Below are positions 19,578 to 29,988 of a stretch of 64,000 bases of DNA, piece after piece. Made by a program: the position numbers and the translations under genes. Position 1 is the first letter of the stretch; each line of letters opens with the position of its first letter. The DNA is from Alphaproteobacteria bacterium (lineage in GTDB: Bacteria; Pseudomonadota; Alphaproteobacteria; MPNO01; UBA830). The stretch spans positions 2,560,001 through 2,624,000 of the forward strand of contig OZ251539.1 in the NCBI GenBank assembly GCA_965243135.1, given 5' to 3'. Below the pieces are notes generated by a model. The model searched no databases and was not told the origin of the DNA. It saw only the letters and a list, made by a program, of their open reading frames with translations.

Positions 19578-20639
19578 ATGCGCATCCTGCAGACCGGTCT
19601 GACGCATATCGACGAGAGCAGGGCGACGCCCGGCTTCACGCTGTTCTCGCCGATCTGGGGCACGAACGCCTACCTCGTCGACATGCGGGGACGGGTGGCG
19701 CACCAGTGGGATCTCCCAGCCACGCCCGGCGGCTACGCGAGATTGCTGCCCAACGGCAACCTGTTCGTGTCGACCATGACCGAAACGGGCCCGGATTTTA
19801 CGGGCGGCGCGCAAGGCGGCCTGATGCAGGAACTCGACTGGCACGGCAACGTGATCAACGAATTCGTGGATCATTTCCAGCACCACGACTGCCGGCGCCT
19901 TCCAAACGGCCATACGATCTACGCGGCCTGGGAAAGGATGCCGGAGGAGCACGCCGCGCGAGTAAGGGGCGGCCGGCCCGGGTCGAAGCCGGAATCCGGC
20001 ATGTACGCCGACGTGGTGCGCGAGGTCGACGCGGCCGGCAGTCTCGTTTTCGAATGGCGCGCCTGGGACATGGAGATCGAAAAGTACGAGATCAACCCCG
20101 CAACGGCGGCCAGGGTCTGGGCGTGGTGCAACACCACCTGCCCGCTGGACAACGGCGACGTGCTCGTAAGCCTTCGCTTCATCAACACCTGCGCCATAAT
20201 CGACCGGCGGACAGGCGGATTTCGATGGGAGAAGACCGACTTTTCGTGGGGCGGGCAGCACGATCCGCAGATGCTGCCGAACGGGAACGTCATCCTGTTC
20301 GCCAACGGCGACAACACCCTCGAGCCTCATCCCTTCTCGCGCGTGCTCGAGCTGAACCCCGAGACGGGCGAGGAAGTCTGGGAGTACCGCGAATCTCCGA
20401 GCCAGAGCTTCTATTCCCATCACATCAGCGGACAAGAACGGCTGCCGTCCGGCAATACGCTGATTTGCGAAGGTCTGTGGGGACGGATCTTCGAGGTAAC
20501 GACCGCGGGCGATCTGGTCTGGGAATACATTTCTCCTTACCATCACAAGGCCGCTTACGGCGAAACGGTTAACTGGGTGTTCCGCGCGTTCCGTTACGCC
20601 GAGGATTCGCCGGAGATCGCCGGAAGGCTGACCTTGTAG
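19578..20639 (+). CDS. Arylsulfotransferase (ASST) family beta-propeller protein
   Basis: QHHD, QHDPQMLPNGN, SRVLE, ISGQERLPSGNTLICEG..GRIFEVT..G..VWEY; no signal peptide; SD GGAGG. Confidence 0.85.
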   Translation: MRILQTGLTHIDESRATPGFTLFSPIWGTNAYLVDMRGRVAHQWDLPATPGGYARLLPNGNLFVSTMTETGPDFTGGAQGGLMQELDWHGNVINEFVDHFQHHDCRRLPNGHTIYAAWERMPEEHAARVRGGRPGSKPESGMYADVVREVDAAGSLVFEWRAWDMEIEKYEINPATAARVWAWCNTTCPLDNGDVLVSLRFINTCAIIDRRTGGFRWEKTDFSWGGQHDPQMLPNGNVILFANGDNTLEPHPFSRVLELNPETGEEVWEYRESPSQSFYSHHISGQERLPSGNTLICEGLWGRIFEVTTAGDLVWEYISPYHHKAAYGETVNWVFRAFRYAEDSPEIAGRLTL

Positions 20640-20894
20640 CCGGTTCGCCGCTTTCCGGCGGCGTCGTTTCGCGGCGATTCGGCGCGGACGGCATGCGCCG
20701 CCGGAAGCGACTACGAGTCCGAACCGAGGAAAACCAGAGAGAACTACCCTGAATTAGAGCGAACGATCCGCTCGAAATGCGCGATTTTCGACGCTTCGGG
20801 GCGTAGCTGATCGTCTCGGAGCGCGGGCGATCCGCACCGAAATTGCCGAAGAACGGAAGTGTCTGCGAGTCCGGCGTTCAAAACTGCGCCGACA

Positions 20895-20989
20895 GCCCGG
20901 CCTCGCGACGCCCGGTCGCCGACAGGCCGAACGCGGGATCTGCCGACAGCAATTTTTCGCGAAGGCGGCTGCCCAAACGCCGTCCGGCT
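20895..20989. repeat. Downstream flank of AAA-nuclease copy 2 (partner 17640-17735)
   Basis: Near-identical to 17640-17735. Confidence 0.88.
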
Positions 20990-22525
20990 TCAGGCGGCCT
21001 CGCAATCGAACCCGACGACGTTGCGCTCTTCGCGGCTGAACTCCACCCCGATCAGGTGGACCGAACGACCGAGACGGCGGTACTTGTCCGCATAACCCTT
21101 CTCACGCAACTGCGCGAGCGCTGTCCCCTCCCGCCCGCGCTCCACCACCTTGAACTCGAACAGGTAAACGCGCCCGCCAGCGCGGATCGCCATGTCGGCG
21201 CGCCCCCGGCTACCGCTGTCCTCGGCCACCGGCTCGAGGCCCTCCATCAGGAAGCAGCTGTGGATGACGCTCGCGTAGTGGGCCTCGTACTTCGCGACCG
21301 GGCTGTTCATGTACCACTGGTGCGGGATGGCGGCGAAGACGCCGCGGAACAGGGTCCCGAGGCGCTCGAAGTCGTTCGCTTCCAGCAGTTCGCCCAGCCG
21401 CAGGCGCCCCGTCTTCTTGCGCGCCTCGACCGGGAGCAGTTCTCCCAGCAGGGCCTCGCCCAGGCTCCGGCGCACCTCGAGGTTCGGGTAGTCCAGCCTG
21501 TAGCGCCCGTCCTCCTCGCCCGCGATGGTGAGGTAACCGGTCTGGAACAGAAGCGCCTCGATCGAGATATCGTCCACGTCGAAGGTCGAGAGCAGGCTCT
21601 CGCTGCCGATCATGCCGTCCAGGTCGGGAGTGGGCAGGTTGCGGCGCGCCAGCGTCTCGACCAGGAAGGTCGGCGTGCCGCTATGGAACCAGTACGGGCG
21701 GAACTCGCGCCGCCGAAACAGCAGCAGCAGGCCGAACGGGTTGTAGAGCCTCTCCGGCCCGCGCCAGTTGTAGCCGTTGTACCAGCGGCGGATCTCGTCC
21801 CGGTCCAAGCCCTCGAGTTCCGGGGCGAAGACCGCGTCCAGCTCGTCGTCCGTGCAGCCGCAGATGTCCGAGAACTCCGGCTCCAGCGTGATGTCGATCA
21901 GGTTGTTCAGGCCCGAGAACAGGCCCGCTTTCGAGAACTTGCTGACCCCCGTCAGGAAAACGAAACGGAGCTGTTCGTCGCAATCCTTGATCATCGCGTA
22001 GAAGCCGCGCAGGAAATCGCGGTTGGCCAGCGCCAGTTCCCGGTCGCCGAGCGCGTCCAGGATCGGCTTGTCGTATTCGTCGACCAGAACGACCGCCTGT
22101 TGCCCGGTGCGCTCGTGCAGCGTCCTTATCAGGCGCCGGAAACGGATCGACGCTTCGGCAGCGCCCGGTTCGAGGCCGGCCAACCGCTCCGTTTCCTCCA
22201 GTTGGTCGTCCACGTTGCTCCGAATGAAGTCCGGGGAGTCGAAATTGCCCCCGCCGAAGCTGATCCGCACGACCGGATGGCGCGCCGACCAGTCCCAATC
22301 GCCGTGTATGGCGAGGCCCCGGAACAGTTCCTCGCTTCCCTCGAACAGCTTCTGCAGCGTGTCCACCAGGAGGGTCTTGCCGAACCGGCGCGGACGCGAC
22401 AGGAAATAGTACTTGCCGCCCTCGACGAGGCGGCGCACATGGTCCGTCTTGTCGACGTAGTAGCAGTCCATCCTCCGGATCTCCCGGAGGGAGGAGATGC
22501 CGATCGGGAGCATGCGCTTCGTCAT
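20990..22525 (-). CDS. AAA-ATPase-like + PD-(D/E)XK nuclease protein, copy 2
   Basis: Same motifs as copy 1, with long identical stretches. Confidence 0.92.
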   Translation of the reverse strand: MTKRMLPIGISSLREIRRMDCYYVDKTDHVRRLVEGGKYYFLSRPRRFGKTLLVDTLQKLFEGSEELFRGLAIHGDWDWSARHPVVRISFGGGNFDSPDFIRSNVDDQLEETERLAGLEPGAAEASIRFRRLIRTLHERTGQQAVVLVDEYDKPILDALGDRELALANRDFLRGFYAMIKDCDEQLRFVFLTGVSKFSKAGLFSGLNNLIDITLEPEFSDICGCTDDELDAVFAPELEGLDRDEIRRWYNGYNWRGPERLYNPFGLLLLFRRREFRPYWFHSGTPTFLVETLARRNLPTPDLDGMIGSESLLSTFDVDDISIEALLFQTGYLTIAGEEDGRYRLDYPNLEVRRSLGEALLGELLPVEARKKTGRLRLGELLEANDFERLGTLFRGVFAAIPHQWYMNSPVAKYEAHYASVIHSCFLMEGLEPVAEDSGSRGRADMAIRAGGRVYLFEFKVVERGREGTALAQLREKGYADKYRRLGRSVHLIGVEFSREERNVVGFDCEAA

Positions 22526-22531
22526 TCGAAG

Positions 22532-22560
22532 AAAGTAGGCCGCCATGCCGGAGCCGTCAA
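22532..22560 (-). promoter_or_regulatory. Sigma70 promoter, leaderless type (copy 2)
   Basis: TTGACG-17bp-TACTTT-6bp-ATG. Confidence 0.7.
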
Positions 22561-23127
22561 GAAGGAGACGGTTAGCTTGCGAGGTTGGAGTCGTACGGCG
22601 TAAGCGGAACAATCCGGCCGGTCAGGAGGACGAAAGTGGTTGTCAAATGAAGCCGCGAAAATACGAAGCGGCAATCCGCGCCTTGGAAAGGCGGAAGCTG
22701 CGGTTTCAACCCGGTCCGCACGAAAAGGGGTGAGAGGAGTTTCTCGCGCGGAGCTTTCTCCAACGAAAGAATCGCGGTTTCTCTCTCCCGAGGGTAAGCG
22801 CCTCCGGCCTGGGAACTTTCCAATGGCCGCTTCCCGGACAAGCGCGCGCTTCCGCAACTTTCGCTGGGCCGCGCATCCTCCAATGACTTCGGCTGCGTCG
22901 CGCGCGCGGGCTTCTCCGCCCTTCCGCCGGAGCGGCCTCCCTGGTTCGTTCCCGCAGGACGCATTCCCCCTTGCCGTCGACGAAGCCCTGCGCGGACATT
23001 CCGGGCGCGGCCGCGCCGCGCTCGCTCATGCGTCGGGCGGCGGCGCCCGGACGTCGCCGTTGCGGCGGCGGCGGCGTTCGACGAACATTTCCGGCCGGAG
23101 ATCGAAGATACGCTGCGAGGCCGGCGT

Positions 23128-24450
23128 CTATCGGAGGCTGAGCATGAGGTCCGGAAGAAGGAGCGCGATTTGCGGAAACGCGCAGATCGCCGCCAACCCG
23201 ACGAGCGTCGCGAACAGGAACGGCCAGATGCCGTTGAAGACTGTCCAGATGTCCACGTCCCTGAGCACGGTCTTGACCATGAACACGTTCATGCCGATCG
23301 GCGGCGTGATCAATCCGATCTCGACCACGATGATCACCACGATCCCGAACCAGATGCCGTCGACGCCGAGCGCCTCAACGATCGGATAGAAGATCGGCAC
23401 GGTCAGCAGCAGCATCGCGAGGCTGTCGAAGACGCAGCCCAGAACCACGTAGATGACGCAGATCGCGATCACGACCCCGATCGGCGGCACGTCGAGCGAC
23501 GCGATGAAATCAATCATCGCCTCCGGCAGTCCGGCGAGATTGATGAAATTCGAAAACACCAGGGCGCCGAAACCGACGAGGAAAATCATGGCCGTCGTCC
23601 GCCCGGCGTCGATCAGCGAGGCGGTCAGCGCGCGAAACCCCAGCTTGCGGCGGCCCCAGGCGAAAAGCATCGCGCCGGCCGCGCCGATGGCCGCCGCCTC
23701 GGTCGGCGTGAACACGCCCAGATAAATTCCGCCCAGCACGAGAACGAAGAGCACGACCACGCCCCACACCTTGGCCAGCGCCCGCCGCCGCTCTCTCCAT
23801 CCGACGCGCGCGCCGGGCGGACCCGCCTCCGGCCTGAGCCTGACCGTCACGGCGATCGAACCGAAATAAAGCAGCACCAGAAGGACGCCGGGAAGAATGC
23901 CGGCGACGAACAGCTTGCCGATGTCGGTCTCGGTCAGAATGCCGTAAATCACCATCGGCACGCTCGGCGGAATCAGGATGCCGAGCGTCCCCCCCGCCGC
24001 GATGGTGCCCGCCGCGAGACTGTCCGAATACCTGAACCGCCGCATCGGCGGCATCGCGACCTTGCTCATGGTCGCCGCCGTCGCGAGGGAACTGCCGGAG
24101 ACCGCGGAAAAGCCGGCGCAAGCGGCGATGGTCGCCATGGCGAGGCCGCCCCTGCGATGGCCGAGAAAGGCGTAGGTCGCGTCGTAGAGCTCCTCGGACA
24201 GCTGCGCCCGGTGGATGAAGGTGCCCATCAGCACGAACAGCGGCAGCACCGAAAGCCCGTAATTCGTCGAAAGGTCGAGGACCTGCTGGCCGGCCATGGA
24301 CAGCCCGGCGACGAGCGAATCCATCTCGAACAAGCCGCCGCGCACCATGGCGAAACCGCCGATGCCGACGAGCAGGAGCGTGATGCCGAGCGGGATCCCG
24401 AGAAAGGCGAGCAGAAGAACGAGACCGAAGCCCGCGAGCGACAGAGCCAT
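23128..24450 (-). CDS. dctM: TRAP transporter large permease
   Basis: LPLFVLMG, AVSGSSLAT, GTLGILIPPS, FTPTEA, ITPPIG. Confidence 0.93.
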   Translation of the reverse strand: MALSLAGFGLVLLLAFLGIPLGITLLLVGIGGFAMVRGGLFEMDSLVAGLSMAGQQVLDLSTNYGLSVLPLFVLMGTFIHRAQLSEELYDATYAFLGHRRGGLAMATIAACAGFSAVSGSSLATAATMSKVAMPPMRRFRYSDSLAAGTIAAGGTLGILIPPSVPMVIYGILTETDIGKLFVAGILPGVLLVLLYFGSIAVTVRLRPEAGPPGARVGWRERRRALAKVWGVVVLFVLVLGGIYLGVFTPTEAAAIGAAGAMLFAWGRRKLGFRALTASLIDAGRTTAMIFLVGFGALVFSNFINLAGLPEAMIDFIASLDVPPIGVVIAICVIYVVLGCVFDSLAMLLLTVPIFYPIVEALGVDGIWFGIVVIIVVEIGLITPPIGMNVFMVKTVLRDVDIWTVFNGIWPFLFATLVGLAAICAFPQIALLLPDLMLSLR

Positions 24451-24456
24451 GCTGCT

Positions 24457-24966
24457 CTACGCTTCCATGTGACGGTCTTCGTAGACGGGATAACTCCGGC
24501 CCAGCGCGGCGCAGAGAAGCAGGCCCGCAGCCAGGAGGCACGACAGGCCTGCGAACCCGCTGATGAAGTAGGCGATCGGCGCCCGAGGCCACAGCAGAAA
24601 TCCGGTCGTCGCTCCGGTTTCGACGAGCCGGTCCCCCTGATCCCACATCCGAACGGAAATGATCGCCATGCCGAGCGTGCTCACCGCCGTCACGACGACC
24701 TGCTGGACGCGCCGCCCCGCGCCCCTGAACAGGCCGTCGAACAGGGAAACGGTGATGTGTCCGCGATCCCACGTCACGAGCGGCATCGCGGAGAACACCA
24801 CGACGGCGAGGCCGAACTCCATCAGCTCGAACGTGCCGGGCAGAGGGCTGGTGAACACGAAGCGCGCGGTCACGTCCACCGTGGTCACCGCCATCATGAA
24901 GAACAGGGCGACCGCCGTAAGCCCGCCCAGCAGACCGCGAAGCCGAATTGCAGCCTTTCCGCCCAA
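24457..24966 (-). CDS. dctQ: TRAP transporter small permease
   Basis: DVTARF..PLPG..EL, GHITV; probable TTG start right after the dctP stop. Confidence 0.85.
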   Translation of the reverse strand: MGGKAAIRLRGLLGGLTAVALFFMMAVTTVDVTARFVFTSPLPGTFELMEFGLAVVVFSAMPLVTWDRGHITVSLFDGLFRGAGRRVQQVVVTAVSTLGMAIISVRMWDQGDRLVETGATTGFLLWPRAPIAYFISGFAGLSCLLAAGLLLCAALGRSYPVYEDRHMEA

Positions 24967-24967
24967 G

Positions 24968-26020
24968 CTATCTCTTCGCGGCGGCTTCCGCGACCTCTTT
25001 CTGGGTCTGCCGATAGAAAGCCAACGCCGCCTTGCCGTCGACGCCGAGGCCGTCCATCTGCTTGCTCCAGTCGTCAAGCATCGCGGCCGAAATCCGCTTG
25101 ATGGCGGCGTTCAGGCTGGGGTCGGCCTGATGATAGGGCTTTCCCGACGCCTTGTACTGCGCTAGCGCCTTCTGGTCGAGCGCGTCCCAGGTCCGCGCCC
25201 GCGAGGCGAACGCCTCGCCGGACAGCTTCGCGATCTTGTCCCTCGCGGACTGCGGCAAACCGTCCCATTTCTTCTTGTTGAGGAACACCGCGAACGTCGG
25301 ATTGAACACGAACCCGTCGACGTGGGTGACGGATTTGGCGAACTTCAGAACCTTGAATCCGATGGCGTCCGATACGCCCAGGCCGACGTAGCCGTCCACC
25401 GTCTTCTTGGAGACGATGGGATAGATCCGCGCCGCCGGACCCGGCACCACGGCGACGCCGAGCTGCTTGAGAGTTTGCGCGAGAGCGAACGGCAGGCTCC
25501 AGAGCTTCGCCTTTTTCAGGTCGTCGATCGTCCGGATCGGCTGGTCCTGCATGCTGAAGATCTCGCCGCCGGGACCGGCGAAAAAGCTGATGAGCTGAAC
25601 GGTCTTGAACGGGTCCTTGACCGCGAAATGCTTCCGGTAGGTGCGCCACAACGCGACTCCGTCGGCCTCGGCCGAGGTGGCCATCTGCGGCATGATCGAA
25701 AACCGCAGATAGGGCACGCTGTTGCTCAGAAAGGCATTGAAGATGAACGCGCCGTCCGCGATTCCCTGGCTGACGATATCGAGCTGGCGAGGCGGCGCGG
25801 CCAGGTTCTTCGCCGGAATCTTGAAGGTCACGCCCTCCGGCTTCAACGCCTCGTTGAGCGCGTCGACCCACGGCTTCACGATCCCCGTCATCGTTATGAA
25901 CTTCGGCGGCGGAAAATGGTTGAACAGAATGCGCGTCTCGGCTCCGGCCGGCGACGAAACGGCCGTCGCGGCGCCTGCGGCGACCGCGATCGCGACCGCC
26001 GCCTTAATCTGAATCTTCAT
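24968..26020 (-). CDS. dctP: TRAP transporter substrate-binding protein
   Basis: Signal peptide, GIADG, PIRTIDDLK; first gene of a dctPQM operon. Confidence 0.88.
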   Translation of the reverse strand: MKIQIKAAVAIAVAAGAATAVSSPAGAETRILFNHFPPPKFITMTGIVKPWVDALNEALKPEGVTFKIPAKNLAAPPRQLDIVSQGIADGAFIFNAFLSNSVPYLRFSIMPQMATSAEADGVALWRTYRKHFAVKDPFKTVQLISFFAGPGGEIFSMQDQPIRTIDDLKKAKLWSLPFALAQTLKQLGVAVVPGPAARIYPIVSKKTVDGYVGLGVSDAIGFKVLKFAKSVTHVDGFVFNPTFAVFLNKKKWDGLPQSARDKIAKLSGEAFASRARTWDALDQKALAQYKASGKPYHQADPSLNAAIKRISAAMLDDWSKQMDGLGVDGKAALAFYRQTQKEVAEAAAKR

Positions 26021-26088
26021 GCGTCTGGCTCCCTTGCGTGGCGGCGCCGACGATCCGGTCCGCGCGGGCCGGCGACGCCGCGCATTTC

Positions 26089-27105
26089 CTACTTGTCGTA
26101 GTTGAGGACCTTTCCGATCTCAACGCCCTTCTCGCGATAGTAACGTTCCGCCCCGGGATGCAACCGGCCTGCCGGAGCGGAAACGGCGTTCTTGAGATTA
26201 ACCGCCCCCTTCATCCAGGCCGCGGCCTGCCACGCCTCGTCGATATGCTCGAAGAACGCCTTGGTCATCTTGTAGACCAGCTCGTCGGACATCGAGGCCC
26301 TGACGCCGAGACCGACCCATGCGCCGGTCGCGACGACCGGTTTTTCGTTGGCCTGGTTCTCGCCGTAGATGTCGGGCGGCACTTCGATCACCGTCCGGCC
26401 GGGCTGCCCGAAATATCGCTTCGCCGCCGGATGGTCGAACTTGCTCCGATCGAGGCTCAGCAACCGGATCTTGTTCTTGAGGGCGAGCTGCTGCACCGCC
26501 GGGCTCGGCGCGTTGGTGACCGGGATCCAGACGTCGAACTTTCGGTCCAGAAACGCGTTCTGGGCCGGTCCCCAGCCCATCTTGATCTGCTTGAAGTCCG
26601 CTCCCGGCTTGAAGCCGGTCATGGCCTCCACGAGGAGTCTGGTGTTGCGGGTCGCCGCGCCGCCGGGCGGCCCGAGGAACACCCGCTTGCCCTTGATGTC
26701 GGAGAGCGTCTTGATTCCGGAACTCTCGTAGACCACGAAGTGGTAGACGCCGATCGGATAGGAAAAAATCGTGGCCAGCTTTTGCGAGCGCGCCGGTCCG
26801 TCGGTGATCTTCTTGAACGGGCCGATCTGCTTGTACATCAGGTGATAGCCGAGGACGCCGTACATGAAGAAGTCCATCTTGCCCTCGCTCGCCATCAGCT
26901 GATGCCGCAACGCCGGGCCCGTGGCGGAAATCCGGACTTCGGCATCGGGCACGTACTTGTTGACCGCCTGGATCCAGGACGTATTCACGATGAACGGAGT
27001 CGTTCCCGGCGGCAGGCTGCCCAAGGTGAACTTTTGCTGCGCCTGAGCGCCTGCGGCGCAAAACGCGCCGGCTGCCGCGACGGCGGCGATTGTTGCGAGC
27101 TTCAT
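26089..27105 (-). CDS. TAXI-family TRAP solute-binding protein
   Basis: Signal peptide; DIKGKRVFLGPPGG, LVYKMTKA, LHPGAERYYRE. Confidence 0.9.
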   Translation of the reverse strand: MKLATIAAVAAAGAFCAAGAQAQQKFTLGSLPPGTTPFIVNTSWIQAVNKYVPDAEVRISATGPALRHQLMASEGKMDFFMYGVLGYHLMYKQIGPFKKITDGPARSQKLATIFSYPIGVYHFVVYESSGIKTLSDIKGKRVFLGPPGGAATRNTRLLVEAMTGFKPGADFKQIKMGWGPAQNAFLDRKFDVWIPVTNAPSPAVQQLALKNKIRLLSLDRSKFDHPAAKRYFGQPGRTVIEVPPDIYGENQANEKPVVATGAWVGLGVRASMSDELVYKMTKAFFEHIDEAWQAAAWMKGAVNLKNAVSAPAGRLHPGAERYYREKGVEIGKVLNYDK

Positions 27106-27157
27106 TTTTTGCCTCCCTGCATTCAACCGGGCAGAATCGAGACATTGTCGCGGACTG

Positions 27158-29056
27158 TCAAGAGTTGCGGCGATGCCGCAAGCGGTGCAGCGCCACGATG
27201 CCGATGCCCAGTGCAGCGGCAGGTACGTAGACCTGGACGGTGTCCGCAATGACGGCGTCCGCCAGCACCGCGACGCCGACCGCCGCCCGCAGCGCCTGTT
27301 CCGGCACTCCGATCCGCGCCCGGTCGACGCCGGCCAGCGAGGTCGCGATCATCCAGATCGCCAGCGGCAGCCGCACCATTATCGACGCAAGCGCTTCCCA
27401 GTCGATGCCCAGCACAAGCAGCAACGACGGGTTGAACGCGAAGACGAAGGGAATCAGAAATCCCACGGCCGCGATGCGCAACGCCTGGAATCCGGTCGCG
27501 AGCGGGTTGGCTCCGGCGATCGGCGCCGCCGCGTACGCGGCGATGGCGACGGGGGGAGTGACGTTCGAAAGCACCCCGAAATAGAGAACGAACAGGTGCA
27601 CGAGAAGCGGCTCGAGTCCCAGCTTGACGATGGCCGGTCCGATGATCAGGACGATGATGAGATAGGCGGGCAGGGTCGGAAGCCCCATGCCGAGCAGCAG
27701 GCAGGCCGCCATGGCGACGACCAGCGCGAGGAACAGCGAGCCTTCGGCGACGCCGAGCATGACCGAGGCGAAATGCACTCCGATTCCGGTCTGGTTGATG
27801 ACCCCGATCACGATGCCGATAGCGCCGACAGCAATCAGTATCTGCGCGCACTGACGGCCGCCCTTGACGAGGGAGTCGACCAGCCGCCACGGCTTGCGTC
27901 TCAGTTCCGGGTTCAGAACCAGGGCCGTCAGGACAACGGCGACGACGGCCCAGAAACCGGCCGCCGCCGGCGACCGGCCGACCAGAAGAACCGTCACCAC
28001 GACCACGATCGGGATCACGAAGCCCGCCGACCGAATCCAGTCTTCGACCGTGATCGCGGGCCGCTCCTCGACGGGCACGACGCCGATGCCGCGCCGCACG
28101 GCTTCCGTGTAGACCGACGCGAACAAGCTGACGTAATAGAACAGCGCCGGAAGGATCGCCGCGCCGGCGACGACCACGTAAGGCAAGCCCACGAGATCGG
28201 CCATGATGAACGCCACCGCCGCCATGATGGGCGGCGTGAACTGGCCGCCGCTGGACGCCGCGGCTTCGACGCCGCCGGCGAAGGAGTTCGGAAAGCCCTG
28301 CCGTTTGATCAACGGTATCGTGAAGACGCCGGTGCCCACGACGTTGGCGGTGGGACTGCCGGAGATAGTGCCGAACAAGGCGCTGGCGACGATCGCCGAA
28401 TGCGCCGGTCCGCCCCTGATGCGCGCCGTCGCCGCGACCGCGATTTTGAGCAGCACCGCGCTCGCCCCGGTCCCCTCCAGCAACGCCCCGAAAACGATGA
28501 AGATGACGACGATCGACGCGACGATGCCGACCGGAAATCCGAACACGCCATCGTAACCGTACCAAGTGCTTTGCATCACCTGGTCGAGGCTGAACCCGCC
28601 ATGCCCGAGAACCCAGGGAAGTTCGTCCCCCAGCAACGCGTAGAGAACGGCGAGAACGCTGATGCCGGCGAGAATCGGACCGAACGTCCGGCGCGTAAGC
28701 TCGATCACGACGAAAAGGCCGAACAATCCGAGAAAAAGGTCCCAATCGTTCAGAAAGTAGAGCGCCTCGTCGATTTCCTCGATGGTGCGGAAAAACCAGA
28801 AGATCGCGTAAACGAAACCGGCCAGCAGGACGAGGTCGACCGACCATAGCGCGGCCTTCGCGGAACTACGGCGGACGGAACGCGCGAGCGGATTGGAAAG
28901 GAGCAGAACCGCGGCGGAAAGTCCCACGGCGGCGCCGCGAAGCAGCCCTTCGTCGACGAGGGCGAAACCGACGACATAGATCGCAAGCGCCGACACCGCG
29001 AACGCGAGCGACGCGGCGGCGCGCCCCGCCCAAGTTTCGATCGTTCCGATGTTCAT
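27158..29056 (-). CDS. TRAP 4TM/12TM fused permease (TAXI type)
   Basis: ISGSPTANV, EAAASSGGQFTPPIM, LGMGLPT, VTPPVA. Confidence 0.92.
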   Translation of the reverse strand: MNIGTIETWAGRAAASLAFAVSALAIYVVGFALVDEGLLRGAAVGLSAAVLLLSNPLARSVRRSSAKAALWSVDLVLLAGFVYAIFWFFRTIEEIDEALYFLNDWDLFLGLFGLFVVIELTRRTFGPILAGISVLAVLYALLGDELPWVLGHGGFSLDQVMQSTWYGYDGVFGFPVGIVASIVVIFIVFGALLEGTGASAVLLKIAVAATARIRGGPAHSAIVASALFGTISGSPTANVVGTGVFTIPLIKRQGFPNSFAGGVEAAASSGGQFTPPIMAAVAFIMADLVGLPYVVVAGAAILPALFYYVSLFASVYTEAVRRGIGVVPVEERPAITVEDWIRSAGFVIPIVVVVTVLLVGRSPAAAGFWAVVAVVLTALVLNPELRRKPWRLVDSLVKGGRQCAQILIAVGAIGIVIGVINQTGIGVHFASVMLGVAEGSLFLALVVAMAACLLLGMGLPTLPAYLIIVLIIGPAIVKLGLEPLLVHLFVLYFGVLSNVTPPVAIAAYAAAPIAGANPLATGFQALRIAAVGFLIPFVFAFNPSLLLVLGIDWEALASIMVRLPLAIWMIATSLAGVDRARIGVPEQALRAAVGVAVLADAVIADTVQVYVPAAALGIGIVALHRLRHRRNS

Positions 29057-29130
29057 CCGCCAATAACTCCCGTGTCGCCGATGCGCCGCGAACCGCTCGC
29101 GGCGTCCTGCCCGGGAATCGGACTTCGCCG

Positions 29131-29988
29131 CTATGCTGGCACGTTCCGCCGAATGAACGCAATGAAGATCAACGCCGTCGCAAACATGATCAGGCTGTAG
29201 GTCGCCGCCGGGACGATCGCGGCGCTGCCTCCGAACAGCAGCGTCGCCACGGCGATGGCCAGCGTCCCGTTCTGCAGGCCGCACTCGATCGAGATGGCTA
29301 TGCGCTGGCGCAGGCCGGTAGCGAAGGCGCGCGCGATCGCATAGGCGAGCGCCATCATGACCAAGTTGAGGACCAGGGTGATCAGCCCGGCCTGAGCGAA
29401 ATACGCGACGACGTTGTCGCGCTGGGAGTAGACCGCGCCCGCAAGGACAAGAACGAACAGCACCGCCGAGATCGTGCGCGCCAACGACTCGAACCCGACG
29501 GCGAAACCCTCGGCGAACCGGCGCACGAAAAGGCCCGCGAGAACCGGAAGCGTGACGATAAGAAAGACGCTGATCGCGGTCCCGGCGATGGATACGTTCC
29601 CGCCGCCGTCTCCGCCGATCAGCCTGCCGTACGAAAACACCACGATCAGCGGGACGGTAACGACGCAGAGAAGGCTGATCACGGCGGTCAGGGAAATCGA
29701 CAACGCCACGTCGCCGCGCGCGAAAGCGGTAAGGATATTGGACGTGGCGCCGCCGGGCGCAGCGGCGATGATCATAACGCCGAGCGCGAGTTCGGGCGCG
29801 ATAGGCCAGACGCTAACGAGCAGAAAAGCGACAACGGGAAGCAACGCGATCTGGCACAACGCCCCCACCAGGAAGTCTCGCGGACGTTTCGCGACGCGCG
29901 CGAAGTCGTCGAAGGTAAGCCCCAAGCCGAGCGCGAACATGATAAAAGCCAGCGCGACAGGCAGTAAAACGTCGGTCACGATTCCCAT
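29131..29988 (-). CDS. Bile acid:sodium symporter (BASS) family
   Basis: IMFALGL, APGGATSN, GDVALS, IECGLQN. Confidence 0.92.
   Translation of the reverse strand: MGIVTDVLLPVALAFIMFALGLGLTFDDFARVAKRPRDFLVGALCQIALLPVVAFLLVSVWPIAPELALGVMIIAAAPGGATSNILTAFARGDVALSISLTAVISLLCVVTVPLIVVFSYGRLIGGDGGGNVSIAGTAISVFLIVTLPVLAGLFVRRFAEGFAVGFESLARTISAVLFVLVLAGAVYSQRDNVVAYFAQAGLITLVLNLVMMALAYAIARAFATGLRQRIAISIECGLQNGTLAIAVATLLFGGSAAIVPAATYSLIMFATALIFIAFIRRNVPA

Noticed and set aside
22565-23127. Riboswitch or small gene in the long intergenic region
   Set aside because: No recognisable riboswitch consensus; ORFs lack a well-spaced SD and any motifs
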